This document shows positions 11,272 through 23,450 of a stretch of DNA of 64,000 bases, piece by piece (within the stretch, counting starts at the first letter, position 1; the number at the start of each line of letters is the position of its first letter). The notes beneath the pieces were generated by a model. That model was not told the origin of the DNA, did not search any database, and saw nothing but the letters and a program-made list of their open reading frames with translations. Source of the DNA: Thalia democratica (taxonomy: Eukaryota); NCBI GenBank assembly GCA_965202585.1, contig OZ241830.1, positions 39,122,001 through 39,186,000 on the forward strand, written 5' to 3'. A program made the position numbers and the translations under genes.

Positions 11272-14240
11272 CTTGGTTACAATGTAAAAATAATAAGATA
11301 TGAAATAAAAAGCTAGAACTAATGAAATTATAAATAATACATATTTTCCTTTTACACGTCTGTTTTTGGTTGATTTAAACTATGTGTACAACTTTAAAAA
11401 CCATCTAAACATTATAACGTATTGTAGTTTTATATCACAAAGTTTGAGAGTTTTGTCTCGCAAAACAAACAGGAAACAATTTAAAAAATTATAACAACTC
11501 TTAAAAACAAAAACAAACTTTACTTAACTTTACCAAAAAAGCTTTTTAGCTGAGACAAATATAGCTGTTAAGCTAAAACGTTTATTGTAGCGTTCTTAAT
11601 TTTTGTTTAAAAAGTAAAGGCAAACTTTATTTCAATTTATAAATCTTACTGTTTATTTATCTTTTAAATACAACAAGTCCTACTGTTTGTTCAGAAAAAG
11701 CACTCGAACTCTTGGGTTGTTCTTGTTGTTTTGTTAAATCTTCGGCTTGTCCTATACTTTGTCTTTTCGGAATTTCAGCTTCAGCAAGAAACGGGGTGTT
11801 TGTCACTCCGTGGGATGTTATAATCGAAAGGCAGTTGTCCTTCAAATTGATTGAACACTGATGTCTGTGATTTATAAGCTCAGTAATTAAAAAAACAAAC
11901 TTGTAAAATATGGAACAAATTATTTAAATTTAGGTAAACTACGGTGAGCATCAAAACGTTTGATTTAAGAAGAAAGTTGTTAAAAAATTGTTTTTATACA
12001 TTAAAATTTCATATTTTGGCTGACAGAGTATTTTATAAGAAAAAATAATTTGAAAATAATGTTATTTATATTTTTTTTTTATAACGCATTTTTCAATAAA
12101 CTCATAAAATTTGTAGAAAAACTGTTTTACCACCTAAAAATAATTGAATGATGAATAGTTTTATGGTCGTACTATACAATCTAATGCTTACACCACTAGA
12201 ATTATTTAAAATATTGTGAAGTAATTTCTTTATCTGATACAAGTTAATAAACATATTTAACAACCTTCGTAACATATCAAGCCCAATCAACAGTTGCATT
12301 GATTGCTCAGGCATTATTGAAAAAGAAACGGGTAGATGAATGTCTTCAATCTGCAGTTGGGCCAAGTGAACCTTGCCGAGTATCTTTTGCGTGCCGACAC
12401 CTTGAGCCATTCCGCTGAAGCGTTTGTCGAGTAAGCGCATGATGTTGCAGCGTTTTGCGCATTCTGCGCTCATTATTGTCACTTGTGCTCCAGAGTCAAC
12501 GAATGCTGAAAGTAAAAAAATGCCTAGTAAGTTTAAAGATAATTTAGTTTAAAATTTAAGATAAAAATTTAATTTTTAGTTGTAATATAACTATTGGACT
12601 GAAAACCGAAAGTATGTAGTAATGTAAATAAAAGTGTTTAAAATAAACCATATCAAGATTTCAGCGTTAGATAATTGAAAAAAAACTTAAACATATGAAC
12701 ACGAATTTTTAACTATGCTTGTTTTTTAAGCTTTATGAAAAACAAGTATGTTTTGTATACAACTCATAAGTATATCAACTCATGTGCTATTACATATATA
12801 ATTTACCTTTAAAATGATATCCATTGACTTTGACGTTAATCCACAACATTACAACGCTACCAAAACTTTCTGGTGCAGTTTCCATTGCCAGCTCAAAATT
12901 TTCATTTACGTTTCGCTGTTCTAATACATTTGTCATCTTTTCAATATTCAAAAGGTCCATAGCGTTTGAACTTGTAATTTTTCTTTTTGTATTCGTAACC
13001 TTAAAGGTTGACAAATAAGTTAAAGTAACAGAGTTCTTTAACATAATTAAATTTTTTTTACAGCAAATAAATGTTATAACTAGGGACAATGTTTTAAAAA
13101 ATTTAAATCCGGTTTTTATTAGTAATAATTTGTATACAAGTTACAACATTCAACTGCTGGTATTTTATAAAGTTTAACTCATTCATTTGTACTGAACATT
13201 CGTCTTGTCTCGGACAAGACGATCCGATAGCCAAAAAGTTTTTTTGTACACCAGATCTTAAAACCAAATAATTTGAGATGATATTTTTGTCGTTTATCAA
13301 ACAACATGCATCAACAATGAAAATTTATAACTGCTAACCAAAAATTCTATAGTTATAAGTAGCTTAGACCATTAAAATTAAGCAGCCTATTTACTGTCTT
13401 AATTAGAGATTAAATAAAAGAACTTTTAGTATTTTATTAACTTTTAGCAGTCTTAGTCATTGAAAAATAGAACTTCTATTTCATGTCATTGAAGATATTT
13501 AAAAATGGTTACCTTTACATTGGAGAAATCAAGTGCAGGAGCTACATCCATTTCTTCGATGTTCTCTTTTTCCTTTTCTTCCGCCACCTTTACTTTACTC
13601 TGAACATTTGTAAGATTTGAGTTCATGGTTTTTTTATCTGATCCGGGAACCTTAATTGTTTTATTAAAAGTTTTGATGATTCTCATTTATATTTTTAAAA
13701 TAAAGACTAAATAAAAGTGTTTTACTTTTTATACACTCGGTTAAGCTGTTTTATTTTAGTATATTTATATTACTAACACTATGAGGTTAGTAAAACACAA
13801 AAATGATTAAAGAATTATACAAATAGTTTTAGTAAAAAAAGTATTAAAGTTGGATATTGACTTACTTAAAATTGATTAACTTACTTAATTAAAAATCGAA
13901 AAATTGCAAACTGTTATTACTATACAAATTATTTTAACATATTTACCTTTACATTAGAAAAGTCAATCGTAGCGGCTGCATTGGTGGGCAAAGAGGAGTT
14001 TGCTAAAAAACTTTGTTTTATGTTAAGTACTAATAAGTCATCGTTAACAATGTTGAATTCTTTCAACATTTTGTCATTTCCTATCATTTCATTCCCATCC
14101 TTGGAAATTGCTATTTTCTGAACGTCATAAGTCGACGTTTTCTCGCAGCATACTTGTTTCAACTTCAACAAAGTATCACTGCTCGAAACACTGACTTGCA
14201 AAACCTCGTGGGTGCTTTCGTTGTAAATTGTTATATTCAT
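11038..14240 (-). CDS. DDI1: DDI1/DDI2-family protein (UBL - retroviral-like aspartyl protease - UBA), 6 exons, ~426 aa
   Basis: Exons 14240-13947, 13650-13513, 12999-12807, 12505-12265, 11864-11684 and 11271-11038 splice in frame. Hallmarks: N-terminal [22 protein letters not shown], catalytic [37 protein letters not shown], and C-terminal UBA ([34 protein letters not shown]). Confidence 0.95.
11684..11864 (-). CDS. DDI1: DDI1 exon 5
   Basis: CACAG| acceptor gives [15 protein letters not shown]; ACA|GTAGGA donor. Confidence 0.85.
12265..12505 (-). CDS. DDI1: DDI1 exon 4 (RVP catalytic core, DSGAQ)
   Basis: TTTCAG| acceptor restores A-F-V-D-S-G-A-Q upstream of ORF-track 12102-12482. Confidence 0.95.
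12807..12999 (-). CDS. DDI1: DDI1 exon 3
   Basis: Encodes [35 protein letters not shown]; phase-1 donor; acceptor position slightly uncertain. Confidence 0.9.
13150..13305 (-). repeat. Dispersed repeat family C, copy in DDI1 intron 2
   Basis: Shares TGTTT.ATAAACGACAAAAA...ATTTGGT....GA(T/C)CTGGTG(T/C)AC and CGTCTTGTCC with 23285-23450 and 40395-40480; perfect 9-bp hairpin at 13201-13221. Confidence 0.6.
13513..13650 (-). CDS. DDI1: DDI1 exon 2 (linker ending in a second DFSNVK motif)
   Basis: TTAAG| acceptor, AAG|GTAACC donor, 138 nt, phase 0-0. Confidence 0.75.
13947..14240 (-). CDS. DDI1: DDI1 exon 1 (UBL domain)
   Basis: ATG at 14240, ubiquitin-like sequence, AAG|GTAAAT donor. Confidence 0.9.
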
Positions 14241-16717
14241 ATTTATAATTTAATATGTTACTGTTGATTGAGTGTTAAATCGTTAGTTAATTAGGTAAAT
14301 AAATAATACTAAGTCTAATTAGCTTTAAAGAGCTGTAAATTATTGTAAAAATTAAGAAAAAACAAACGTATATGTAGATAAAAATGAGATTCACAAAAAA
14401 AAATTAATTACAAAAGAAATAAAAAAGTAAAGTTTTAACTGTCGAAGAACAACAACTTTAGAACATTAAAAGTTCACGTGTAGCTGCATTTAACATTTAA
14501 TACTATTTGATATCTTTTTTGTTTCCTACAGATGTCTAGTGAACAGAAAACATTGTGTATTATAAACTAAGAACTTTAAACCTAAAGTGCATGCAAGTTA
14601 TATCAGTTGTAGTTATTTTAAATCTTTATTAAAATTTGAATACCGATTCAATTAACAGTCTACAATAAAATATTCTCTAAATACCTAACAAGTAGGTTTT
14701 TGATTTATTTTAAATATTTTTAAATGATATATGAAGACTTTGTATCTAAAATTAAATAAAGTGTTTCATTACCGCAGTTGGCAGGTCAAAATTACCTGAA
14801 ACTTTCTATCGCGGAACAAACTTGTTATTAAAAAAACTTATTGAAAGACTATCAGCAATAACGCCAAAACTTAACGAAATTTTAAAAATGATACTAAAAA
14901 AATTTTAACCACCTAAAAGGAATGACTTAATATCAAACACTATTTTTACTCAAATCCAAAATTTTAGCGCTTTTTGAAGTACCTATTAAAAGAAAGTTAA
15001 AAATTGCTATATTTTGCACAGTGATCTGTCACAGTTCAGAGGTTTTGTTAAGAGGAACCGGTCTGTGGTGTTGTGTTGCCTGTACCTGAAAAAAAAAGCA
15101 ATTTGAATGAATATATATATGTATATATAAAAATATATATCTTAAAGCATAGTTATCTTATAAGTGAAAATTCGGTAAATAGATACTGTCAATAAAATCT
15201 TTTGTTTTAGCTTGTTTAAGTTTTATTAACAGCTAGAAGTCTTTAAATACTTAGTGGTAGCAATAGGTATTTAAATTTTACTTTTTGTAAAACTAGTAAA
15301 AAATAGAACAAAGAACGTTTTATATATATTATTAAACTTTAATTACTTTGTATAATATAAAATTTATAAGTGTTTACTGCTACTATGTAGTTTTTGTTTG
15401 TTAAATTAGTAATATAGTTAAAGTTTACAGGGTTTTTAAACATTTTGAAACTAAAAAGTATGCCTGAGTTAAAAAATCTCACCAAAATATCAGCCTTAGT
15501 TTAAGAAAAAACCGAAAAACTAGAACTAAGAACTAAGAATAGCTAATAACTTTTTTGCAGTTATTTAAATTAGGCTTAATCACTTAATATAACAATAATT
15601 ATAAAAATGAACTTAAGGTCTATAAAGACACAATTTTTAATTAGAAATTATTTTAAGACATTGATACTAGCCTGAATTTTATGAGAAAACACAAACTAAC
15701 CTGAAAAACCCTTAATCAGCCTAAACTTCTACAAAATTTTAAAGTCTTTATTTTGTTTTAAAAGCAGTTAAAGTTATATTCCACAAATTAATTTCATAAA
15801 ATGTTAAATATTTTTAAAAACTAGCTAAACAAAAAGTTCTACAGGTAAAACATCTTTAAAGTAAGTCAATGCTATCAACTATCATTTTAGATATTTACTT
15901 TTTACCCGAGTTAGTTTAGATGAAAGTGAGGAAAGTAAAAAATATGAAAATAGGAAACTCATAATCAAATAATAAATATACTAATGAAATATAGAAATGA
16001 AGTTTTTTTATATCCATAGCTATCTACAAAGACATAAAATTAATATTTAAATTTATAACAAAAACTTGAACTTAAAATATTTCTTTTAGCTTTACATCTT
16101 AAACTGTTGCTCTCTTAGCTACAACGGATTCAATAAAATGTTTTCTGCTACAATACAGCTTCATTTTCATAATTTACTTGTAAAAAGTTCCTAATTAGCT
16201 CCCATTAATGAACAGTTCAAAAAGATCAATCATTTCATCAAAATTTTTTATCCTTGAAAAAGTTATACATAGAATTTGTTTTTTTTTAATTTATCATTAA
16301 ATGACTGTCAAAAATAGATAGCCTGCTAATTATCAAATTATATTCAATATTTCCTGTTTTTTTCTTACTCAATACATTTTTTTTTTTTCAGAGTTATTCA
16401 GTTCAGCAGAATCAAAGCATATTTGAAAAAGATACTATATAAATACTTTTAGTAAAGTGATTTACAAATGCTAATACTGTACGTAGATTTTAAGTAACGT
16501 ACTGTTTTAACTTTTTTAATTTTTAATGACACATTACTTTTATGACTCGTTTCTTTATTCTTAATATTGGTGAATGAAATAAAATAAAGTGCATCACTCT
16601 TTGAAAAAGTTATACTAACTGATTATAAAAATCATTAGTAAAAAACTATAACTTATTCTTTTAAGCTTAAATAAAGAATCTAAACCAAAGAAATTTTTCT
16701 TAATATTGAAGAATAAT

Positions 16718-17129
16718 CAAGGTTGTCACTCGCTTTTTCAATTTTTGTTCCAGGTTTTTCAAATTTCTTCCAGGTTTTCAAAAGTATACATTTTTTGATC
16801 TATTTTTAGTTTAATGTTAAGTTTAAGGTAAGAAATTTTGTTAAATAATATAAAAACATTGAATAGATGCTGTAAAGCTACTTTAAGTATGTTTTTTACC
16901 AAAATAATTTTTTTGATGATGACAGAACTTTTCTATTTACATAGTAGATTTTTTGAGTCAAATCAAAATTTTACTACTGAACATGTGAAAATGGTTAAAC
17001 ACATTCCAAATTTTTCCAGGTTTTTTTTTTTTTCAATTTTGTTCAAAATTCCAGGTTTTTTTTTGCCTAAATTGTCAAATCCAGGTTTTCAAAGGATTTT
17101 CCAGGTTTCTAGGTAAAGTGGCAACCCTG
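16718..17129. mobile_element. MITE with CAGGGTTGCCAC-type TIRs and internal CCAGGTTTT repeats
   Basis: CAAGGTTGTCACT at 16718 vs AGTGGCAACCCTG ending 17129; at least 7 CCAGGTTT units near both ends. Confidence 0.75.
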
Positions 17130-18093
17130 AATAAAACAATTTTTTTAAATAAATATCTTAATATGTAACTGTTTTTTTATATCTAGTCCAACATATACCA
17201 ACTACTTGCTAAATACAGACTTTTCTTTATAAGATTTACTTTATACATTTCAGTATTACTGTTCATAAAACAATAAAGTAATTATTCTTATTTTATATCC
17301 ATTTTCTAAAATCATTTTTAACATATTTCTTTATTGAATAAAATTAGTTGTAGCTCTTTATAAAAGCTTTTAATTATGTTAAATACTTCATATATTATTT
17401 AGTTAAGATTCAATATTTAAAATAATCGTAAAAATAAAAATGATCTTAATATCTAAAAAAACATCTTTTTATGAGAAATTTATTTATTATAATCATCTGT
17501 ACATTATATTATATAAAAAATATTTTTATAATTAAGATTGAATACTTGATTTTTATTATTTTTATTATTGTCATTACTTTAACTTAAAAACACAACTTTT
17601 GGTAAGATACTGATTTTCAAGTCCAAGGAAGTAGCCTAATATTTTCGTGAAAATACTACTTAATCTGAATTTAGCAAACAGTTGAAAACAAGCCTGAGTT
17701 TTTATAAAATGAGAGATTCTATATCTTTATATACAAAGCGCAGGCTATCAATTTATATCCCACACATATATTAAATTATGTTAGTATTTTTAAATTTTTA
17801 ACACTAACCCAGATAAAAAATACTACTGGTAAAAATAGAGTGTAAATTTAATATTGTCAACTAACTTTTCAAATCTTCACTTATGACTTAAGTTCTTTTA
17901 TTTCAAAATTAAAAAGTAAAATAAAAAATATCAAATCAATATTATAGTACTAAATGTATTATTTAGATATAGATACCAAATTTGTTAAAATAACTTATTT
18001 CAACATAACTATATACACATTTGTAAAACTATTATTTAAATTGATTAAAAAAAGATTTAGACTTTAACTTATAATAATTTTGTTAGTTTGACA

Positions 18094-18135
18094 CAAGGGC
18101 GTGTCTAAATATTTTTCAAAGGGGGTGCACATTTT
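18094..18135. mobile_element. Isolated hAT-like terminal fragment
   Basis: CAAGGGCGTGTC...GGGGGTGCACATTTT resembles the reverse complement of the right end of 19858-23262. Confidence 0.35.
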
Positions 18136-20929
18136 ATTTTATGCATTAAAAGATTTAGTTTTATATTAGTTTTTAATAATTTTAGAAAAAGACTAAACTG
18201 GCTAGTAGTAGAGCTAACTAAGTGTTATTCTTAAACATAATTTTCAACTCTTTTAATTGAATTTTATAGGTCATTTAGTCCAAACATTGACTTAAACCAC
18301 CAACCTTTAAAAATAGTTACTAAATTTTTTTAATCACTTTTCAAACACTATAAATTAAAACTTCCCAATATCTTAATTAACTTTGTTGTTTTTAAACATT
18401 TTATTTCATGGTTTAGATTTATTTATTATAGTACTTTTACTAAAAAGTATTAAAAAACTAAACTAACCTTTTTCTTTGGTAATTTAAACATTAGGAGTTG
18501 TTTTTCCTTTAATCTTTATTTGATTTTTTACTTCCAATGAAAGGTCTGAAAAACAAAGATTTTTTATTTCTATAACTTTTACAGACATAACTAACTTATT
18601 TTACTTTACCAAAAGCCTTTTAGTTAGGAAATAATAATATAAAATGATTAAAACTGTGATAAATGTTTAAAAGAGAATTTCAAGTGAGATTAAATTTTAC
18701 TACAGATGGTGTTCTTCCATTTTTTTTTAATTTGAATTTTTAACTCCTTTACATTTATTTCAAAGTAACTTAATCTATAAAAGTTGAAATGTCACATGAA
18801 AAAATAATGGTAAAACTTATATAATAAAATAAAATATCTTTAAATTATAATTAAGGTAGTGGAGGGGTTTTAATGATGGTTTTGAAATATCTTTAAGTAA
18901 AAAATTTCAAGAATCAGACCCTTTGGTCAACATATATAGAAAACTAAACCACTTAAGCAATAATGTTAAAACACCATTAAATGATAATAGAATATGTTGC
19001 CTGGTAATGTAGGGGTCTAATGATGATTTTTAAAACTCTCTGAATTGAATTTTTCAAGATTTAAACCCACACATAAACAAATAATATAAATGTTTAAAGA
19101 CAAAAGCTTCACACAACCTTATTTTACACAAGCAACTTAGTAAAATTAAAATTGTGATTATATTTAAGATTTTTTAAGTAAAATTGTACTTACAAGTGCA
19201 AAAACAATCACTAGTTAGTTACATTTAATGGCATGTTCTAAGAGAAATTTAAAACGTCTTAATATTTTTTTTTTAAACTGCTCTGCTAAAACATTAACTT
19301 ATTGTTAAATTACAATTAAATTTTTAATGTAAAATCTATTGCTGCCATCTATTCACAACTGAAGATTAAACATGCTGTTAGACTCTAAATTTGTCATTAG
19401 TAAAACAACCAAAATGTTACTATCTAAAAAGCCTAGATTAAAGACTCTAGATCAGGGTTGCTAGAATGCTAGTGTTGCTAAGCCAACTGAACACTGAATT
19501 CCAAGTAAACTTTAATTGTTTTAAAACAATATGTCAAGCTAAAGTATTTGTGTGGCTATCTAATCATTGAGTTCTGGTAATCCTTATTAAAAGCAGAGTT
19601 TCCAAAGTTTATTTTCATACTCGTCAGCTTTGCAAAATTTAAAAACATAATTACCCCGTATTACTATTAAAACAGCTAATTACTTTTTGAACCTTTTAAT
19701 AGTTTCTGTCCCTAAGAACTGTTATTGCCAACTTTTGAAATTCCAGTTCTATAGTTACAGTGTTTAAAATTGCACAGTCTGTTTTATAAAAAGTTTTAAT
19801 CATAATAATATTTAAACGACACAACGCTAACTACTGAAAAATTATGTATTTGCACTGCAGGGGCGTAGAGTGGGGAGAGACACTGACGCATGCGTGTCAC
19901 CTAAAAAAAAGAATGTATTATCTTTATTATTTATTTTCTCTGTTTAATTTGCTTTTTTCAACTATGTTTATCTAGTATTCGAAAAGTTAAACGAATTTTT
20001 GAATACCAGATACCAAATATACTGATTCGGTGCGTAAGCGCAAGTGTGCACCGATTTTGATGAAAAACTCCATAAGGTAAACTTTATAACTTCATAAACT
20101 TCATAACAATTTAGACTCATAAAGAACGCAACGAGAGTAGTGCACCGCAGTAGTAAAACATTTATGATATATTTTTCTACAAGGACAAAACTAACATTCT
20201 GTAAACAAATCGTAAAGCTAAACCTATCTTATAGAGATAATGATTCAAGAATTAACAAATTGTAGTAAAAATAGCAATAAACAACTGTTAATAAAATAAA
20301 AGTAAATTTATAAAAAAAAATTAATAATATTAACTACATAATTTTATAAAACAAATAACAAAAAACAAAAATTAATAGTAATAAAAAAAATCAAATAATA
20401 AATAAACTTATCATACTGTGATTACAGTGTTAATCTCAAATTACAATAAGATTTGTTTAAAATTTCAGTAAACTTGTAATTTTTAGTAAAAATAGTTTCT
20501 TTTTTATTAATACAATAAACAAATCAAGGGTTGTTATTCTATCAGCCATGGAGTTTAAAAATTTATCAATTTTTGTAGTAAGTTATTTAAAAACATCTTC
20601 AGTCACATCATGAATAAATTTAAAGCAATTTGTAAAAACAGGTCTTTTACAATCAATTTTTAATCTAAAAGACATAATTAATTAATTTTAAATTTAAATT
20701 TATTTAGTTTTAAGTTATATTTTAAATGGTATTTTTTAACTCTTCTTTTTACCAACTTTTTGTAAAATTTAAAAAAATGCTATTCCCTAAAGATCTTAGA
20801 TAAACCGATTTTAAGATAAGTGGAAAAATTATATTTCTTCTAAATTTAAAAAAATTTGAATAAATTGACCTTTAAACATTTATCTTTTAAACATTTTGTT
20901 TTGTATTAGACACCTTTAGTAAACTTTTT

Positions 20930-21305
20930 TTTGACACTCAGGATAACTCAGGATTTTGTGAAGTTTTTGAAAACTTCAGTATGACTCAGTAGAGATCAGG
21001 ATAAACCAGAACATTTTAACTGACTTAGGATAGATTTGTATTTTTTTAACTCAGGATAGTCTTAGTGTTTTTAAATGCTTTCATGAAAGTTTTTTAGGGA
21101 TTATGAATGACATCTAGTTAATTTAGTTGCATTTTATGTTGTTGTCTAACCAATTTTGTTAAAGAGCGTAGTTTCTATTAGTTTAAAAAACAAAATAAAA
21201 ATTTTAAAGGTTGATAAAAAAATGTTTATGATGACTCATGAAATTTAAACTAACTCAGGATTAGGACAGTTATTTTGAATCAAAGGGTGGCAAGGCAGTC
21301 CTGAT
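20930..21305. repeat. ACTCAGGAT subterminal-repeat MITE remnant nested in the hAT-like element
   Basis: Multiple (A)CTCAGGA(T) units; degenerate right end GTGGCAA...CCTG. Confidence 0.55.
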
Positions 21306-22351
21306 ATCTTCAAAGATAATTCTTTTTAGTTATTTCTTTGTAAAGTGTGTTTTATATTATTTTAAAAAAAGTAAAAATTTGTTTTGATTAAGTTTTAGAT
21401 TGTTACTAAAAAAATATGCAAAGTAATATTGTATGGAACGTTGCAAATCTAAAAAAAAGTCAGGTAGGAAAATTATCTGAAGTTGTAAAGCTTAAATTGA
21501 AAAATTGCAGACCAACACCAGATATTGCTATTACTCAAAACTGCAGTTCAAGTGGTAAGAAATTTTTATTTTTAGTATTGTTAATATTTTAGATTTACTA
21601 CATTTGTTAAGATTTATTTTACAGTTTTATATTGTAATATAGCTAAAAATGTATATATTAAAACAAAAAAAGGACTTTTAGATTTCTTATACAAAAACAT
21701 TTAAAACTTTTAATTTTAATACTGAAGATTTTACATTTTTGTTTAAAAGATAAAGATAGTATACTTAAAGCTGCAACATACTAAAAGTATGAGTTATTTT
21801 GAGTTTAAAACAATTCTTTTTTATTGATTTAAAATATATATTGAACATTAACTAGAAGTTGCATAGAGAAAAATGTTTAGAGATTTTAATTGTTGTACTT
21901 AGTTGACTATTTATTTAAGTTTATGCACTTTTAAACTAAATTAGTTAGTTAGTTATACTAAATAAATTTTATAGATATAATTATATTGTTGGTTGAGTCA
22001 TAAAGGATTTTATTTACTTTTGATTACCAACAAAAATAGACAATGAAATACTTATTTTAAAGCTGTACTTTTAAAATAACTTTAATAAAGAAAATAAAAT
22101 TGTTATTTTTCTCAGAAATTTTAAAAGTTTACTAAAAAATAGTTTTCTTCATTTTAAAGCTATCTGTGCAAGTTATCAGGAAACGGTAAATTTCATAATA
22201 CAAAAAATATTATATTAATAACTAATTAAAATTACATGAGTGTTTTGTATGTTTTAAAATTTAATGAGTTTTTAGAAATAAAACCCCTTAAAAGTTATTA
22301 AAGACTTTAATTGTCAGAAATTGAAGTGACAAGTTGTTTTTAATAGTATGT

Positions 22352-22470
22352 CAGGGTTACCACACACTCAGGATAACTCAGGACAATTCGAACTTTTTGA
22401 AAATATAAGAATTCAGGTTAGCTTGAAACTTTTAACTTAACTCAGAATAACTCAGGCCAGTTTCAAGTTG
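22352..22470. repeat. Second ACTCAGGAT-family end with CAGGGTTACCAC TIR
   Basis: CAGGGTTACCACACACTCAGGATAACTCAGGA matches the motif at 20933-20953. Confidence 0.6.
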
Positions 22471-23284
22471 TTTGCAATAGAATATTTTTCAGAATATAAA
22501 AACTTTGTATATTATTAACTCGTTAAAAAAGTATTTATTATGCTTTTTCTAGTTTTTTAGATATTCAGTTTTGCTGTCATTAAGTATTACGTTTCAAACT
22601 TGCCATAAAACTGTTTTTCACTATGTTTGTGTTTTACATTTTTAATTTAATGTTTTTTTTTTTGACATCTTTTGATTTGCATTTAATTAAAATTCAAAAA
22701 AAAAAGCAATAAGCCAAGTTTATCTTCCTTTAACTTTGTTATAATTCAGGTTTAGTTTTCTAGCATTAGTACCTAACTTACATTAGATAAGCAAGAAACC
22801 TATTCTATTTCACTTTCGTTTACTAAAAAATAATTTTGTTTAAATAATGTCACTTTCTAAAATAATGTGCAATGAGGTGTTGTTATCACTGTTGTATTGT
22901 ATATTAAAAAGATTGATATTTTTTTATAAATAAAACAGACACTTTCGTTTTATTAAATATATTAATTTTTAAAGATATAAAGTTTACTGTAAGTAGTAAA
23001 ACCAATTTTTATTTAGTAAGTTTATATTTGTGCAAGTATAAGTAATTCTAATGAAGTTTATACTTTTTTTAATTGTTTTATTTTGTAGTACATAACAGTT
23101 TTTTAAAACAGTAACTTCGAACTTATTTTATTAAATGAATTTAATTCAATTATATTACTTATAAAAAGATCTTAATATACCTAATTACAAAAGTACTAAG
23201 TTAGGGATTTTTTGAAAAAAAAATTGCGCACCCCCTGACCAAAGTACCACGCTACGCCACTGATGCACTGTACACTAAACCTGA

Positions 23285-23450
23285 GTTTTACCTAAAGTGA
23301 AAACATTTATATTGTTTATAAAACGACAAAAAAAAAACGGTCAAAATATTTGGTCCTGGGACCTGGTGCACTACAAACCTGTCAGTTATCGAATCACATT
23401 CAACTGATACCTTTTAACGTCTTGTCCAGAACAATGACCGCTTTCAATAA
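23285..23450 (+). repeat. Dispersed repeat family C copy
   Basis: TATATTGTTTATAAAACGAC...TTTGGTCCTGGGACCTGGTGCAC...CGTCTTGTCCAGAACAA. Confidence 0.6.

Larger units (their letters stand above)
19858..23262. mobile_element. hAT-like non-autonomous DNA transposon, 3.4 kb, with 8-bp TSD
   Basis: TIRs CAGGGGCGTAGAGTGG / CCACGCTACGCCACTG (14/16); flanks TTGCACTG (19850-19857) and ATGCACTG (23263-23270), 7/8 identical; no long ORF inside. Confidence 0.8.

Noticed and set aside
11054-11287. Plus-strand 77-aa ORF
   Set aside because: Antisense shadow of the DDI1 UBA exon; the same applies to 12824-13018 opposite exon 3.
13103-13300. ORF-track entry as a DDI1 exon encoding the missing HDD
   Set aside because: No HDD-like sequence in any frame examined; the DNA belongs to dispersed repeat family C.
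20930-22470. ACTCAGGAT and CCAGGTTTT repeat arrays as CRISPR-like arrays
   Set aside because: Irregular spacing, very short units and association with TIRs indicate transposon subterminal repeats in a eukaryotic context.
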